DNA of 64,000 nt from Thecamonas trahens ATCC 50062 (taxonomy: Eukaryota > Protista > Apusomonadida), in the NCBI RefSeq assembly GCF_000142905.1, contig NW_013657650.1, forward strand, positions 268,420-332,419. The letters run 5' to 3'. The translations under genes and the position numbers were made by a program. The notes below the pieces were generated by a model. The model ran no database searches and was not told where the DNA came from. It was given only the letters and a program-made list of their open reading frames with translations. Below, piece after piece: positions 31,701-43,413 of the stretch. Each line of letters begins with the position of its first letter. The stretch's first letter is position 1.

Positions 31701-34700
31701 AGCTCGAGTCGACTGTGGTCGACAAGGAGGCCATCATCGCCGACAACGAGACCAAGATCACTGAGCTTGAGTCGACGCGGTCGAGAATGAGACCAAGATC
31801 TCCGAGCTCGAGTTGACAGTGGCTGACAAGGAGACCAAGATCACTGAGCTTGAGTCGACGGTGGCCGACAAGGAGACCAAGATCTCCGAGCTTGAGTCGA
31901 CGGTGGCCGACAACGAGACCAAGATCTCTGAGCTCGAGTCTACCGCGGTCGAGAATGAGACCAAGATCTCCGAGCTAGAGTCCAATGTTGCACACCGCGA
32001 CGCTACCATTGCGTCGCTGGAGGCTTCGAGTGCGAGTCGTGACGAGGCTCTGAACGCGCGTGACGCCACCATTACCCAGAAGGATGCTAGGGTCTCCGAG
32101 CTCGAATCACTTGTTATCGAGCACGAGGCCAAGATATCCGAGCTAGACGCCACCGCCGCCGAGCTGGAAGACGCCGTCGTCGCGCTCAACAACGCATCCA
32201 CCGGGCTACAAGAGACGCTCAACGAGACAAGCTTGGAGCGCGACGCCGCGGCTGCCACCGTCGCCGCTCTCTCCGACGTCGTCGCCCACCACACCGATAC
32301 TCCGTTGCCCGACGACCCAGCTCGTCTGGCAGCCTGGGTTGAGGACGTCCTGCGCAGCACAGAGGACGCACTGACAGCGCTTGAGCGCGAGCACGATGAC
32401 CAGGTCCGCGAGCTAGCCCAGGCTCTCGAGGACGCCTCGGCCGCCTCCACTGACATCTATCGTGCTCTTCTCCAGCTCCTAACAGACACCAAGCTCGATC
32501 CGGCACTCGCTCCCCTGGTCCTCTCGCGCATGCTCAAGGATGCGTCAGTTGTTGACGCCCGCGTTGTCGACATCACCCCGCCGGCCACCGTCTCGCTCAA
32601 CGACCCTCTCGAGGCCACCATTAACCTCCTCGGCACTGCCCTCCTCGCTGCCCAGGAGGCGAACGCTGCCTCAGCCACCGCTGCCGTCGAGGCTGCCGAG
32701 TACCTCGCAAAGATCAATGCGCTCGAGGCTACCTTAAGCGCGGCTGCCAGGTCGACGGCCTCGCTCCGCACTGACGCCTCCGTCGTTGCCACTTCGTCCG
32801 ACGCCGCAGACCTTCCCGCTGAGTTCTCCGCCCTCTGCGCCACCCTCGACGACCTCACGTCCTCCGTCCTCGCAGACCGCATTGACCCTGATGTCCTCGC
32901 CCTCCCGCTCACCACCGCAACCGAGCTCAACCGCGAGGCCGGCTCTGCGCTTCAGCGCCTAGCCGCAGCCAACGCCGCGCTGACCGAGGACAATGTACAG
33001 CTCCACGAGGAGCTCGCCGAGGCCGCAGCCGATCTCGCCGCTCTCCAGAAGAAGCTCGACAAGGCCCATGCCGAGCTTACGTCGGAGCGCGCATCCATCC
33101 AGACTCTCGAGGCCGAGCTTTCTGCCGCCGCCTCGGCGACCCGAGACGCTCTCAACAAGGCCGCCACTTCCGCCACTGCCGCTAACAATGCCGCCGACGC
33201 GCGCGCCGCTGTCGAGGCCAAGATCGAGACGCTTCAGGCCGAACTCGAAGAGGCCCATGCCGCTTCGAACACCTTGCTGCTCGACAACGCAAAAGTTAAG
33301 CGCGAGGCCATCGAACATCAGCAGAAGCTTGCCTCGTTACACGAGGATGCCAAGGCTCGCATGGACGAGATCACCCGCGAGCAGCTGCGCAAGGAGGAGC
33401 TGCGTGCCAACAGGCTCCGCGACGAGCTTGCTGCCGCCAAGGATGCCCTCGTCACCGCAGAGAACGCCGCTGCCGACTCGGCTGCTCGCGAGGCTATGCT
33501 CGAGCAGCAACTCGCCAACGACCGCGCCTCGCTCGACGACATCTCATCGTCGCTCGACGCCCTCCGCACAGCCAACGCCGCCCTCCTCGAACAGCGCGAC
33601 GACGCCCTTGCAAAGCTCAATGCACTCGATGCCGAGCATGCCGCCGTCGTCGCAACCGCAACAAGCACTGCCAAGGAGCTCGCTGACGAAAAGACTCGCC
33701 ACGCCGTCGCCCGCGACATGATTGCCGTTCTTGAGGCCCAGACCGATGCCGCCACCTCCGACGCTGCAACTGCCATCGCCGCCGCTGAGGCCGCCTCCGC
33801 CGATGCCGCCCTGGCCTCGTCCCGCATCATCGAGCTGGAGGCCGAGCGCGAGGCATCTGCCCGCACAGCCGCCGCCACCGAGCAGCAGCTGCATCTGGCC
33901 GAAGGCGTCAGCGCCGAGCTCAAAGCCGAGCGCAAAAAGAGCGCCCAGCTTGCCGCCGAGCTTGAGACGACACAGACTGCTCTCGAGGCCCGCAAGAAGC
34001 TACACGCATCGTCGCTGGAAGTCCTTGATGCCCTCAACGACCGTGTCGAGTCGATGGAGGCCCACAACGGGTCGCTGCAGGATCAGCTGCAAGTCATCGC
34101 CAAGTGTGCGACCGGCAAGGAGCTCGACCTTGTAGAGAAGGATCGCCAGGAGTGGCTTCGCGCCGACGCCGAGTTTATGGGCGAGCTCCGCTCGCTGCTC
34201 GGTGATCTGCACGCTGTCAACCACCAGCTCGGTGTGCCTATTGATGATGAGTACGGCGTCCTCGCCTCGCCTCCGGTGGTACAGGGGCTCCTCGTTCCCG
34301 GTGGCTCATCGCCAACGATGCGCCGTTCGGGCTCGTCGGCCGTTCTTGGCCGCCCGCTCACCACGCCGTCGCCAGCAGAGCTGCCAGAAATGGCCGACTA
34401 TCTAGCCAAGCTCAAGGCTTTTGAGCGCGAGCTCGACACCCAGGCTGCCGCCTCGGCCGAGGCGGTTGCCCACGCCCACACCCTGCTCGCACCGGCTGCC
34501 GACGCCGAGCTCGTGCCTCGGTCGCAGACAACTGCGCTCGTCTCCAGTTCGGGCTCGGCTGCCGGCATGTCGTCGCACTATATCGAGGTCGACCCCGAGC
34601 TGCTCGCCGAGCTTGCCTCGCAAGGCTTCTCGCTGCCAGACACCAAGGACGGCCGGCTGACCTCATACGGCTTTACCAAGCTATCGACCGCTTTTGTCTC

Positions 34701-37533
34701 GCTTCGAGCCGCGCTCGATACTGCCAACTCTCGCCTCGCTGAGAGCCAGGCGCAGCTCTCGGCTTCACTCCAGACGCAAGCGGAGCTTGAGGTCGCGGCG
34801 CAAGATGCCGAGGCGCGGGCGGCTGCAGCAGCTCCAGCCACGCCTCCATCACGAGCGCTGGCCGAGAGTCAGACGGCATGGCGAAGCGAGACGGCGTCTG
34901 CAGTGTCGCGCCTCGAGCAGGCACTCAAGGCCAAGGACGACGCCGAGTCGACCTGGCTCCGCGAGCTACAGGCAAAGCGGGTTGCCGACGCGTCTGCGGC
35001 AGCCCGACTGGAGGACTCGCTCAGCGCGGCGCTGGACGAGAACTCGCGACTGCAACGAGCGCTTGCAACGGAGCGCGCTGCTGCGGTCTCGGCTCGCGAC
35101 GAGGCCGATGCAGCCGCCGCCGAGCGGCAGCATCTCAGCGCCCGGCTCCGCACACTCGAGAACGAGCTCGCGGAGGCACGTGATGCATTCCGCGCCGCGT
35201 CGGGTGCCGTCGATCAGGCTGAGAGCCTCGCGGCGCAGCTGGCAGCGAGTCGGGAAGCGACCGAGCACGCAGAGGCCGATGCCAATGCTGCCCGTGCGGC
35301 GGCGGCAGCTGCCGAGCTGCTGATCGCCTCGCTCCGCGACCAGATTGCGCAGTACCAGCAGCGTGTTGCCGAGCTCACGGCTCAGCACAAGGTGAGCCTG
35401 GAGGCGGCGGCAGAGGCGGCGAACCCGACCGCTTCGTCGGCGCTTGCGGCGCTTGGCCCGCTCATGACCGAGCTGGGCGAGCTTGTGGTGGCTGTGCAGG
35501 ATGCGCGCGACCGTCAGGCACCGGACCTCCTCGCGCTCGAGCGTGCCCTTTCCGGGCAGTATGACGACTTGCTTTCGGAGCTGCTTGTGGCGATGAATAC
35601 CGCCGACGCGCAGCACGAGACTGAGGTCAACTCGCTGCGGGCGACGGCGCAGGACATGGTACACCAGCTCGAGGCCATGGCCGCCGACCGCGAGTCGCTG
35701 CTGCTCGAAGTCGACACTGCCAACAAGGCCGCGCTTGCCGCCAAAGCGACCCGAGGCGGAGGTGGAGGCGGAGGCGAGCACACGGGCTCGAATGGCGCCG
35801 AGTCGGCGTCGCGGCAGGCTTCGCTTGGCGCGGCCGAGCGCATGGCTCGAACGGATCTTGTTCGCGAGCGTGCGCGCGCCGAGGAGGCTGAGAAGAGCGC
35901 ACGAAGCCTGCGCAGCGAGCTGACCACGCTCCGTGGCAAGCTTGCCGAGAGCCAGACCGCGGCGACCGAAGCTGCACGAAACAGCACCCGGCTGCAGGCC
36001 GAACTCGAGCGTTTGATGGCGCATGCGCGCTCGGCCGAGACGGATGCGGCGGCAGCACGGGCTGATGCCGCGGCGGCAGCCGAGGCTGTGGCGGCAGCCA
36101 GCGCGCGGGCCGATGCCTTTGCCGGCATCCATGCCGAGCTGGAGGCTGAGCTGGAGAACTCGCGTACTGCAGCAGAACAGGCGGTGGCCCAGCTCGCGCA
36201 GTCGAGCGCTTCTGAGCAGACAGCCCGGGTCCGGGTGGCGTATTTGGAGAAGGAGCTTGAAGCAGCGCGCGAAGCGACCGAGGCAGCGGCAAGTGACGCG
36301 GCCGAGGTTCGTGATGCACTCGCACGTGCCGAGCGTGCGGCCCAGGACGCAGGTGCACTGGAGGCTGAGCTCCGTTCGCGGCTTGTGGTGGGCTCGCCAG
36401 ACGACCTCGCCGACGCGTTTGAGGGTGTACTGGCCAAGACTCAGGCGGAAGAGGCGACGGCACGACGCGCGTTGGAGCTGCACATCGAGTATGCAGTGGC
36501 TGCAGTGACCAGCTCTGTGCTCATGAAGCAGACCCGCGACGTGGAGGAGCAGCTCCGGGAGCTGGAGCGCAAGATCGCCCGGCGCGAGCGGCGGCTGAGC
36601 GCACTCCGTGACATTGATGCCATCGAGCGCGACTTGTCGCAGATGCGCACTCGCAACGGCGAGCTGTTCACACAGCTTCAGGAGGCACTCAATGAGATGG
36701 ATGCCTCGCACGAGCGTGAGCGTGAGCTGCGCGAGCAGCTTGCCGTGGCTGAGGTGGATCGTGCGGCGATGTCTCCAGCGCGGGCTGTCTACGAGCGAAA
36801 TGGGGTCAAGAACGAGGCACGTGGCACGCCGCACGCGGGTGCCCTGGACGTACTCGCCGAGTATGAGATGCTCAAGCGGCGTCAGGTGGCTGACGAGGTC
36901 AACGCGTCTCGGCTGGAGATCCGGGCCGAACTCGAAGCGTCGATCAACTCGTCGCTGGCGGTGCTAGGCGAGTCGCGGAGTGAGGAGCAGCCCACGCGTG
37001 TGGGCGATGCCTCTTACCGTGAGCTCTACCACAAGCTGGAGATGACGCACGACGAGCTACGCGCAGCATACGATGCGTTGGTTGCGGAGCACGATACGTT
37101 GCAGATTAAGCTCCGGGCCAAGTCACACGAAGCGGTGGTTCTGAGCCGCGCGGCGACGCAGTACACCGAGGCACGGTTCTCGCGGTGCCCCCGGTGCGCT
37201 TATGCGGTCGACGCGGCGGGGGCGGTGTCGTCGCCGGCCAAGCCGACCGGTCTTCGTCAGCGCGCGCAGTTTACGGCGTCGGTTGGGGTGGCACTGACGG
37301 TGCATCTGCGGTCGGAGCAGTTCCGCGCGCCACATGTTGTGACTGCGCGGCTGGGTATCCACGCAGCAGAGGTTCAGCGGGTGCGCGGCGAGCCAAATGC
37401 AGTGTCTGTGACGTTTGTGGCGCGCCGGGCCGGGCTGAGCAAGTTGTACGTGTTCTCGGACGCGACGGAGATTCGCGAGTCGCCGCTGCTTGTGCGGGCG
37501 GTGGACGAGGTGCTGGAGGGATTGGCTGGGTAA
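28701..37533 (+). CDS. Giant (~2850 aa) tandem calponin-homology actin-binding protein with long coiled coil and C-terminal filamin-like Ig domain; intron 28749-29014; four apparent frameshifts (~29972, ~30568, ~31681, ~31777)
   Basis: Spliced MQLK|TFTGWANFHL, DGVELCQLLE, IVSGHIKSVLGLLWVII (CH1); ALLQWV, ITNFKGSFRDGKVFCHLI, LGIPKLLD, DDLSVITYVSYF (CH2); heptad repeats; C-terminal VTFVARRAG...L.V.....IRESPL.V. Confidence 0.8.
31340..31985 (+). repeat. 42-bp (14-aa) coding tandem repeat ETKI(S/T)ELES(T/A)(V/A)(A/V)(D/E)(N/K)
   Basis: gagaccaagatc(t/a)ctgagct(c/t)gagtc.. recurs every 42 bp; degenerate copies extend from ~30610 to ~32150. Confidence 0.9.
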
Positions 37534-37545
37534 CTTTAGCGGCGG

Positions 37546-38263
37546 CTAGTTGGCAAAGCAGGTGTTGCACATGGGCTGGCCGTTCTTCTCGTAAAACGAA
37601 AGATCCGGCAGCGCCGAGGCGCAACCTTGGCACTTGAGGCAGGACGAGTGCCACTTCTTGCCGCAGGCGTTGAGAAAGTCGCCCGAGATGGGCTGGACGC
37701 AGCCGGCGCACTTGACGCCAAACTGGGCGTGGAAGCAAGAGGTGCAGTACGGGTCGGAGCCTCGCGGAATGAACTCTCCGGAAGGGAACGGGTTGCCACA
37801 CGAGGTGCAGGCAAAGCATCCCTCGTGCCACGACTTGCCAAGCGCCTCAAGGCACGAGCCAGAGATGACCTGGTTGCACCGGCCACACATCTTGGCAAAC
37901 GAGGTGTGGTAGCATGAGGAGCAGTACGGGCGGCCGTCCTTGGGGTGGAACGGGACCGTGCCGAGCGCCGTCGAGCACTTGGCGCACTTGAAGCATGCCT
38001 GATGGAAGGTCGTGTCCATAGCCTCGAGGAAGGTGCCCTCGATCTGCTGGCGGCAGGTTGAGCAAGTCTTGGGGCCCGACGACGCTGCCGGGGCGGGCGC
38101 CGGGGCGGGCGCCGGGGCGGGCGTAGAGGCGGGCGCCGACGACGCTGCCGGAGCCGGAGCCGGAGCTGGGGCTGCGGCCGAGTCTGCAGCCGACGAGTCG
38201 TCGTTGAGATCGTTGAGCAGATCATCGAGATCATCCTGGTCGTTGTCTGCTGCAGGCGTGACA

Positions 38264-38301
<38 letters not shown>

Positions 38302-38594
38302 TGGGGTAGCGGCCTCAGCGGGAGCGGGGCCGGGGTAGCGGCCTGAGTGTGAGCTGCGGGCTCGGGCGAAGCATCCTCGAGCTCACCAAGCAGATCCTCC
38401 AGCATATCCTCATCGTAGTCGGGAGCATCGTTGGTAGCGGCGGCCGGAGCAGGAGCCGGCGTCACCACCGTAGCGGTCTGTGGAGCCGAGTCAAAGTTAT
38501 CGAGAGAGTCGACATCGGCAGAAATGTCAGCCAGCAGCGAGTCGAGCTCGTCCATCCTGTCCTCCATCGGTTCCCCAAACGAGGTGAGTGCCAT
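37546..38594 (-). CDS. Paxillin-family protein (LD motifs + 3 LIM domains); frameshift at G-run ~38326-38329
   Basis: MDELDSLLADIS, LEDLLGELE and LDDLLNDLN LD motifs; three LIM domains CxxC...HxxCFxCxxC...PYCxxC. An upstream exon may lie in the adjacent gap. Confidence 0.82.
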
Positions 38595-39188
38595 GTCGTG
38601 CCTGTGAACGAAAGGAGAGTGTGGGTGGGGAGGGGGGAGGGGGGGTAGGGGGGGGGAGGGGGGGGTAGGGGGGGTAGGGGGTAGGGACGGCCTCAAAATN
38701 NNNNNNNNNNNNNNNNNNNNNNNNNNNNNNNNNNNNNNNNNNNNNNNNNNNNNNNNNNNNNNNNNNNNNNNNNNNNNNNNNNNNNNNNNNNNNNNNNNNN
38801 NNNNNNNNNNNNNNNNNNNNNNNNNNNNNNNNNNNNNNNNNNNNNNNNNNNNNNNNNNNNNNNNNNNNNNNNNNNNNNNNNNNNNCTAATCCCCCCCTTC
38901 CGGGTTACAACAAGAAATACGCACCTGTCGCTGGTTCCAGAGAAAAGTGACCGGTGGCTCGGGCGCACGCGAGCACTTTTTTTGGAGGAAGGGAAAAAGG
39001 AGAGGGGGGACGGGGTGAGGGGGGGGGCACGGGAACGAATGCAGGGATGATGCAGATCATCATCGTAGATGTCGTTGTATGTTGTATGGATGTAGGGGTC
39101 AGGAAGCTGGGTGTGTGTGGGGGGGTAGGGTGGGGGCACAGGAGCGAATGCAGCCGGGAGCGGGATTTGTTCATGGGCTCGGTCACCA

Positions 39189-40641
39189 TCAGTTGAAGAC
39201 GATCCAGGTGAGGATGTACTCGACGATGGTGAACGGCAGGAGGAGGATGTTGATAGGGAAGGGGAGGCCACCAAACCAGGACGATGCCTGAAAGTAGAAG
39301 CCGAGGGCGGCAACGGCCAGAGCCATGCCGGTAAAGGCCGGCGAGCCCTCCTCGACCTTGGAAGCGGCGGCAAAGCCGCGGCGCTCGGCGTAGTGCAGGA
39401 CACCCTTGGTGAAGAGGAAGCCACCCTTGACGGCGGCGTGGAAGGTGGCGATGATACGGTGGAGCGTGTAGGCGATGGAGATGCCAATGGTCTGGCAGGC
39501 GTACTGGATGACCGGGTCGATCCACTTGTGGTACTCGGGCTCGACAATGCGCTGCAGCGACGGCTTGAGCGTCTTGTTGGAGGCGCGGACGAGCGTGGAG
39601 GCGATAGAGGTGCCGAGGGTGATGGCCTCAGCAAAGTGGATCTTGAGGGTGGCGACAACTGCGATGACGCCAGCGTTGATGCCGGCGATTGCGTGCTGGA
39701 TCTTGACCGGGTTGCATGCCCGAAGAATGACCCGGACCTTGCGCGAGGCCAGCTCCTTCTTGGTGATCTGGTCAACATCGGCAATGCCGTCATTGTTCTC
39801 GTCCAGGAGCGAGTCCTTGCGGTAAGCCTCACGCACAATTTTGTAGTCCTCGTACAGCGAGAGGATGCAGTCGCGGGTCGTCTCCCACCCGCAGAGGCGG
39901 AAGGCTTCTACAGCAGCGATCGAGACCATGAACGACGAGCCAAAGAAGCAGACAATGAACCCAAGGCCGGCCACCGCAAACTCCTCTGGGTGGTACGGCT
40001 GGATGGCAGCCCAAAACGCAACCGCTGCAGCAGCGACGTTCTCCACGTGCGGGCCAACAACGTCGATGATCGTACCGAGCACCGCCAGCGCGGGGGCAAC
40101 CTTGGCGATATAAGGCAGGAGAAACGGCGGCGCCGAGTCTTCTGCAATTTCCATGACCTCCTCCTTGCTCATGTTGTCCATCTGGACGTCTTCAGCCACC
40201 ATCATCGGCGGCGGCACTATCCATCCGAAAGCACAGCCGGAATACCCAGTCGATCACCCGGCCGAGCAGTCCAGCCCCCACCAGCCACCAGCCGATCCCG
40301 ATCCCAGCCCCACCCAGCCGATCCCAGCCACGCCAGCCGCCATAGCCCCCACCAGCCACCAGCCGATCCCGATCCCAGCCCCACCAGCCGATCCCAGCCC
40401 CACCAGCCGCCATAGCCCCCACCAGCCGATCCCAGCCCCACCAGCCGCCACAGCCCCACCAGCCGATCCCAGCCCCACCAGCCGCCACAGCCCCACCAGC
40501 CGATCCCAGCCACGCCAGCCGCCGTCGGTCACACCCCAACACATGGTGAGTACAGGGCATTTCCCCCTTCCTCCTCTCCCCTCCTCCCCCCTCCATATAC
40601 CTACCCTCACCACCCTTCCGCTCACGGAGTTCCGTTGCCAT
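39189..40641 (-). CDS. Uncharacterised multi-pass membrane protein with EF-hand-like loop; probable intron 40217-40625
   Basis: 342-aa ORF with strong coding bias, several TM segments and DENNDGIADVDQI; a phase-1 intron joins MATEL|LPPP. Confidence 0.7.
40270..40520. repeat. C-rich 17-19-bp degenerate tandem repeat inside the predicted intron
   Basis: Repeated ccccaccagccg followed by atcccag, ccacag or ccatag. Confidence 0.85.
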
Positions 40642-40807
40642 AGCTGTTTCAGAGTGAGCTGTGTCGCCTTGACCGTCTCGTCAGCCTGCGCGCGTTTGTT
40701 CGGCGGCGGCTGCCGGTCGACGCGCGTTTGGCCGGTCACCGCACCACCATATTGACGGGCCATTTTGGGGGTTTAAGAGGGGATCACGACTAGTTCTTGG
40801 CTGCCGC

Positions 40808-42835
40808 TCAAAAACATTCGAGATCATGGCCATCGTAAGGTGCAAGGAGCGCATCGAGGTCCGAGTACACCGCATCCACTTGGGTGGTGGCCTTGCGGAG
40901 GCTGGTAAGATCGGTGGCTGAGAGGCAGTCGCTGTGAGCTGCCACAGCGACACGGATGCTCGGCACAGCGGCACCTTCGTCACCAAACAGATTCTCTGCG
41001 AGGGTGATGATCTCAGAAGCGACCAGTCGGACTTCGTCGCGGACGCCAGCGAGGAGCTTCGCCGCCATCTCGCCGAGGCGCGGACAGAGGTGCTCGATGG
41101 CCCAGCTGGTGTGCTCGGGGTGCCGGACCAGCGCGTCCAGGACTCGCAGTGCCTGGGCGCGAGTCTCCCAGTCGCCACCGCCGCCGTCGGCTGCTGCTAG
41201 CAGCGCGGCCGCATACTCGCTGTGGGTGGTCGGCTCCATCGCCACCAGCGCGGTGCAGTCGAGGACCTGCCAGCCGGCGAGGCGCACGCCGTCATCACCA
41301 TCAGCGGCGGCGACGTGCAGGACGTTGCCGATGAGGTGGCTTGCCTGTTCTGGCGCAGCCCGCCACAGTGCAGCGGCGGTGTGGATTGCTGCAGCGCGGA
41401 CGTAGCCGTCGTCATCATCAAGTCGTGCGCGGACAAGCGCGGCTACGATGCCGTCGTTCCAGCTTGCAAGCTCTGGCGATGCAACCCGGGCTACCAACGC
41501 CAACCCGCCATCGCGCGCCTCCCATCGCGGCGATGAGAGGGCAAGGACGGCAGCGTTACCAACAACTGCGGCGTTGGTGCCAGATGATGCCGCCATGGCG
41601 CCAAGCGTAGCATACAGCGCCGCCACCCTCGCCGGGCGGAGCGAGGCAACAACAACGACATGCTCGCGGACAGCTTCAAGCAAGCTGCACGCAGCAGCAG
41701 CAACATCAACGCCTCTTTCGGCTAGCATCGCGCCTAGCTCGGCAGCCGCCACCAAGCGGTTACCGGATGATTGGACACCGATGGCCAGTGCGTCTGCCAG
41801 GACGGCGCCAGCCGCGTCTGTGCCCAGCACCATGACCCCGGCCGCCCCCGCATCGAGCATGGCTAAGGCGACATCGCGTTCGGCTGTGACATGCGATGCC
41901 AGCGCCGCCACTGCTGCCTCGCCACCGCAAGCGCCGGTCACCCGGACTGCAGCTGTGAGGACTCGCGGCGCTGACGCAGCCAGCGTTCGCAAGCCCGCTG
42001 CAGTGTCGAGGGCCAGCGCGCCGACGATCGCGACTGCCAGCTCGTCAAGGCCGTCGAGCTCGCAGCGCGAGAGCGCGACGAGCAGCGCCAGCTGCTCCCT
42101 TGCTCGTTTGCCTACTAGCGCAGCAGCTGCCTCATCAGCCAGTGCAGTCCGCAGCGCCAGACTGCCCAGGAGCGCTTCACGGGCAGCTCGGGTGCCGGCA
42201 TCAGCGCCGCTTGCCAGCGCCCTCATCCAGACCGGTAGCACGAGCACCGGGGCAAGAGCGACGACTGCGCCTGCGGCCACATCCCGCGCCACCAGCGCCA
42301 GCGAACACACAGCCACTGCATGACGAACATATGCCGAGGCCGAGGCCTCCATCCATACCGCCAGCTCGCCCAACGTCGCGTGTGCAGAGCTGATGAGGCG
42401 GGGACAAGCAACTACAGCGGCGAGGACCTCAAGCAGCACAACCTGGAGCGAGGCCGACGCAGTACCTGCAGCATGTTCAGCAACAAGGCGATCTACAGCA
42501 TTTTCCAGAGCCCGTGCTACGTCATTGCTAGCGACGGTATGGCGGACGAGGGCGAGCGCCATCCGCACAGCGGCACCAGCAACTAGCGGGCGGGCGGCCG
42601 GATCAGCAGCCAGGGCTCCAACGAGAGCGCTTTGTGCGCGATTGTCGAGCGCAGTATCGACGCCGCCAGCCACACGGGCCACAACAACGCGTGTGGCGTG
42701 AGCAAAGTAGTTTGCATCAGGATCGTCGGCATGCAGAACCAGCGCGGCATGGATCAGCGCCGCCGTCTCTCCGCCTTCGGACCAACTTTGACGCACCGAT
42801 GATGTGGACGACTCAGCGGCCTCGTTCTCGTCCAT
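40808..42835 (-). CDS. BRAT1: BRAT1-like ARM/HEAT-repeat protein
   Basis: RWEARDGGL, DDDGYVRAAAI, DWETRAQAL and the terminal DLECF* correspond to recalled BRAT1 motifs WEVRDS, ESYVRASA, DWEVRAQ and terminal DCY*. Confidence 0.72.
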   Translation of the reverse strand: MDENEAAESSTSSVRQSWSEGGETAALIHAALVLHADDPDANYFAHATRVVVARVAGGVDTALDNRAQSALVGALAADPAARPLVAGAAVRMALALVRHTVASNDVARALENAVDRLVAEHAAGTASASLQVVLLEVLAAVVACPRLISSAHATLGELAVWMEASASAYVRHAVAVCSLALVARDVAAGAVVALAPVLVLPVWMRALASGADAGTRAAREALLGSLALRTALADEAAAALVGKRAREQLALLVALSRCELDGLDELAVAIVGALALDTAAGLRTLAASAPRVLTAAVRVTGACGGEAAVAALASHVTAERDVALAMLDAGAAGVMVLGTDAAGAVLADALAIGVQSSGNRLVAAAELGAMLAERGVDVAAAACSLLEAVREHVVVVASLRPARVAALYATLGAMAASSGTNAAVVGNAAVLALSSPRWEARDGGLALVARVASPELASWNDGIVAALVRARLDDDDGYVRAAAIHTAAALWRAAPEQASHLIGNVLHVAAADGDDGVRLAGWQVLDCTALVAMEPTTHSEYAAALLAAADGGGGDWETRAQALRVLDALVRHPEHTSWAIEHLCPRLGEMAAKLLAGVRDEVRLVASEIITLAENLFGDEGAAVPSIRVAVAAHSDCLSATDLTSLRKATTQVDAVYSDLDALLAPYDGHDLECF

Positions 42836-43058
42836 GGCGTCACTCCTGTCCTTGCTGTCACTATCTCTGTACGCAGACAATACACACGGCCTCAGCCAAT
42901 GCTCTCTGGTCCTCCTGTGCCTTCCCTGTCCCAATTCCGAGCGGTGTATGTGAGCGGTTTGTGCGGTGGCTGGTAGCGTCGAGTGGAGTCGCCGTGTTCA
43001 GGCCGCATGGGTCAGACGAAGCCCCCCGTTCCGTCCCGATCGTGCACCCGATGCAACC

Positions 43059-43196
43059 ACATCATCACCCTCTCCACCCCGAACACCATCACCCCCCACC
43101 CGATCACCATCTCCCCCCACCCGATCACCATCACCCTCCACCCGATCACCATCACCCCCCACCCGATCACCATCACCCTCCCCCACCCGATCACCA
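43059..43196. repeat. ~21-bp C-rich tandem repeat abutting an assembly gap
   Basis: cccgatcaccatcacccccca-like unit repeated ~6 times. Confidence 0.8.
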
Positions 43197-43413
43197 NNNN
43201 NNNNNNNNNNNNNNNNNNNNNNNNNNNNNNNNNNNNNNNNNNNNNNNNNNNNNNNNNNNNNNNNNNNNNNNNNNNNNNNNNNNNNNNNNNNNNNNNCCCT
43301 GCCACCCGATCCAACCAATCCATCACCACCCCACCCCGCCCCCACCCTCCCTCATGCTCCGGCTCCCTATCCCCATCCCACATGCCCATCCCATCCTCGC
43401 CTTGGGCATCCGA

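Noticed and set aside
34966-36834. 622-aa minus-strand ORF within the giant coiled-coil gene
   Set aside because: Antisense shadow of Ala/Glu-rich coding sequence.
42634-43413. His/Pro-rich N-terminal extension of RBFA
   Set aside because: Arises from reading through a tandem repeat and an N-gap and overlaps the BRAT1 start; unsupported.
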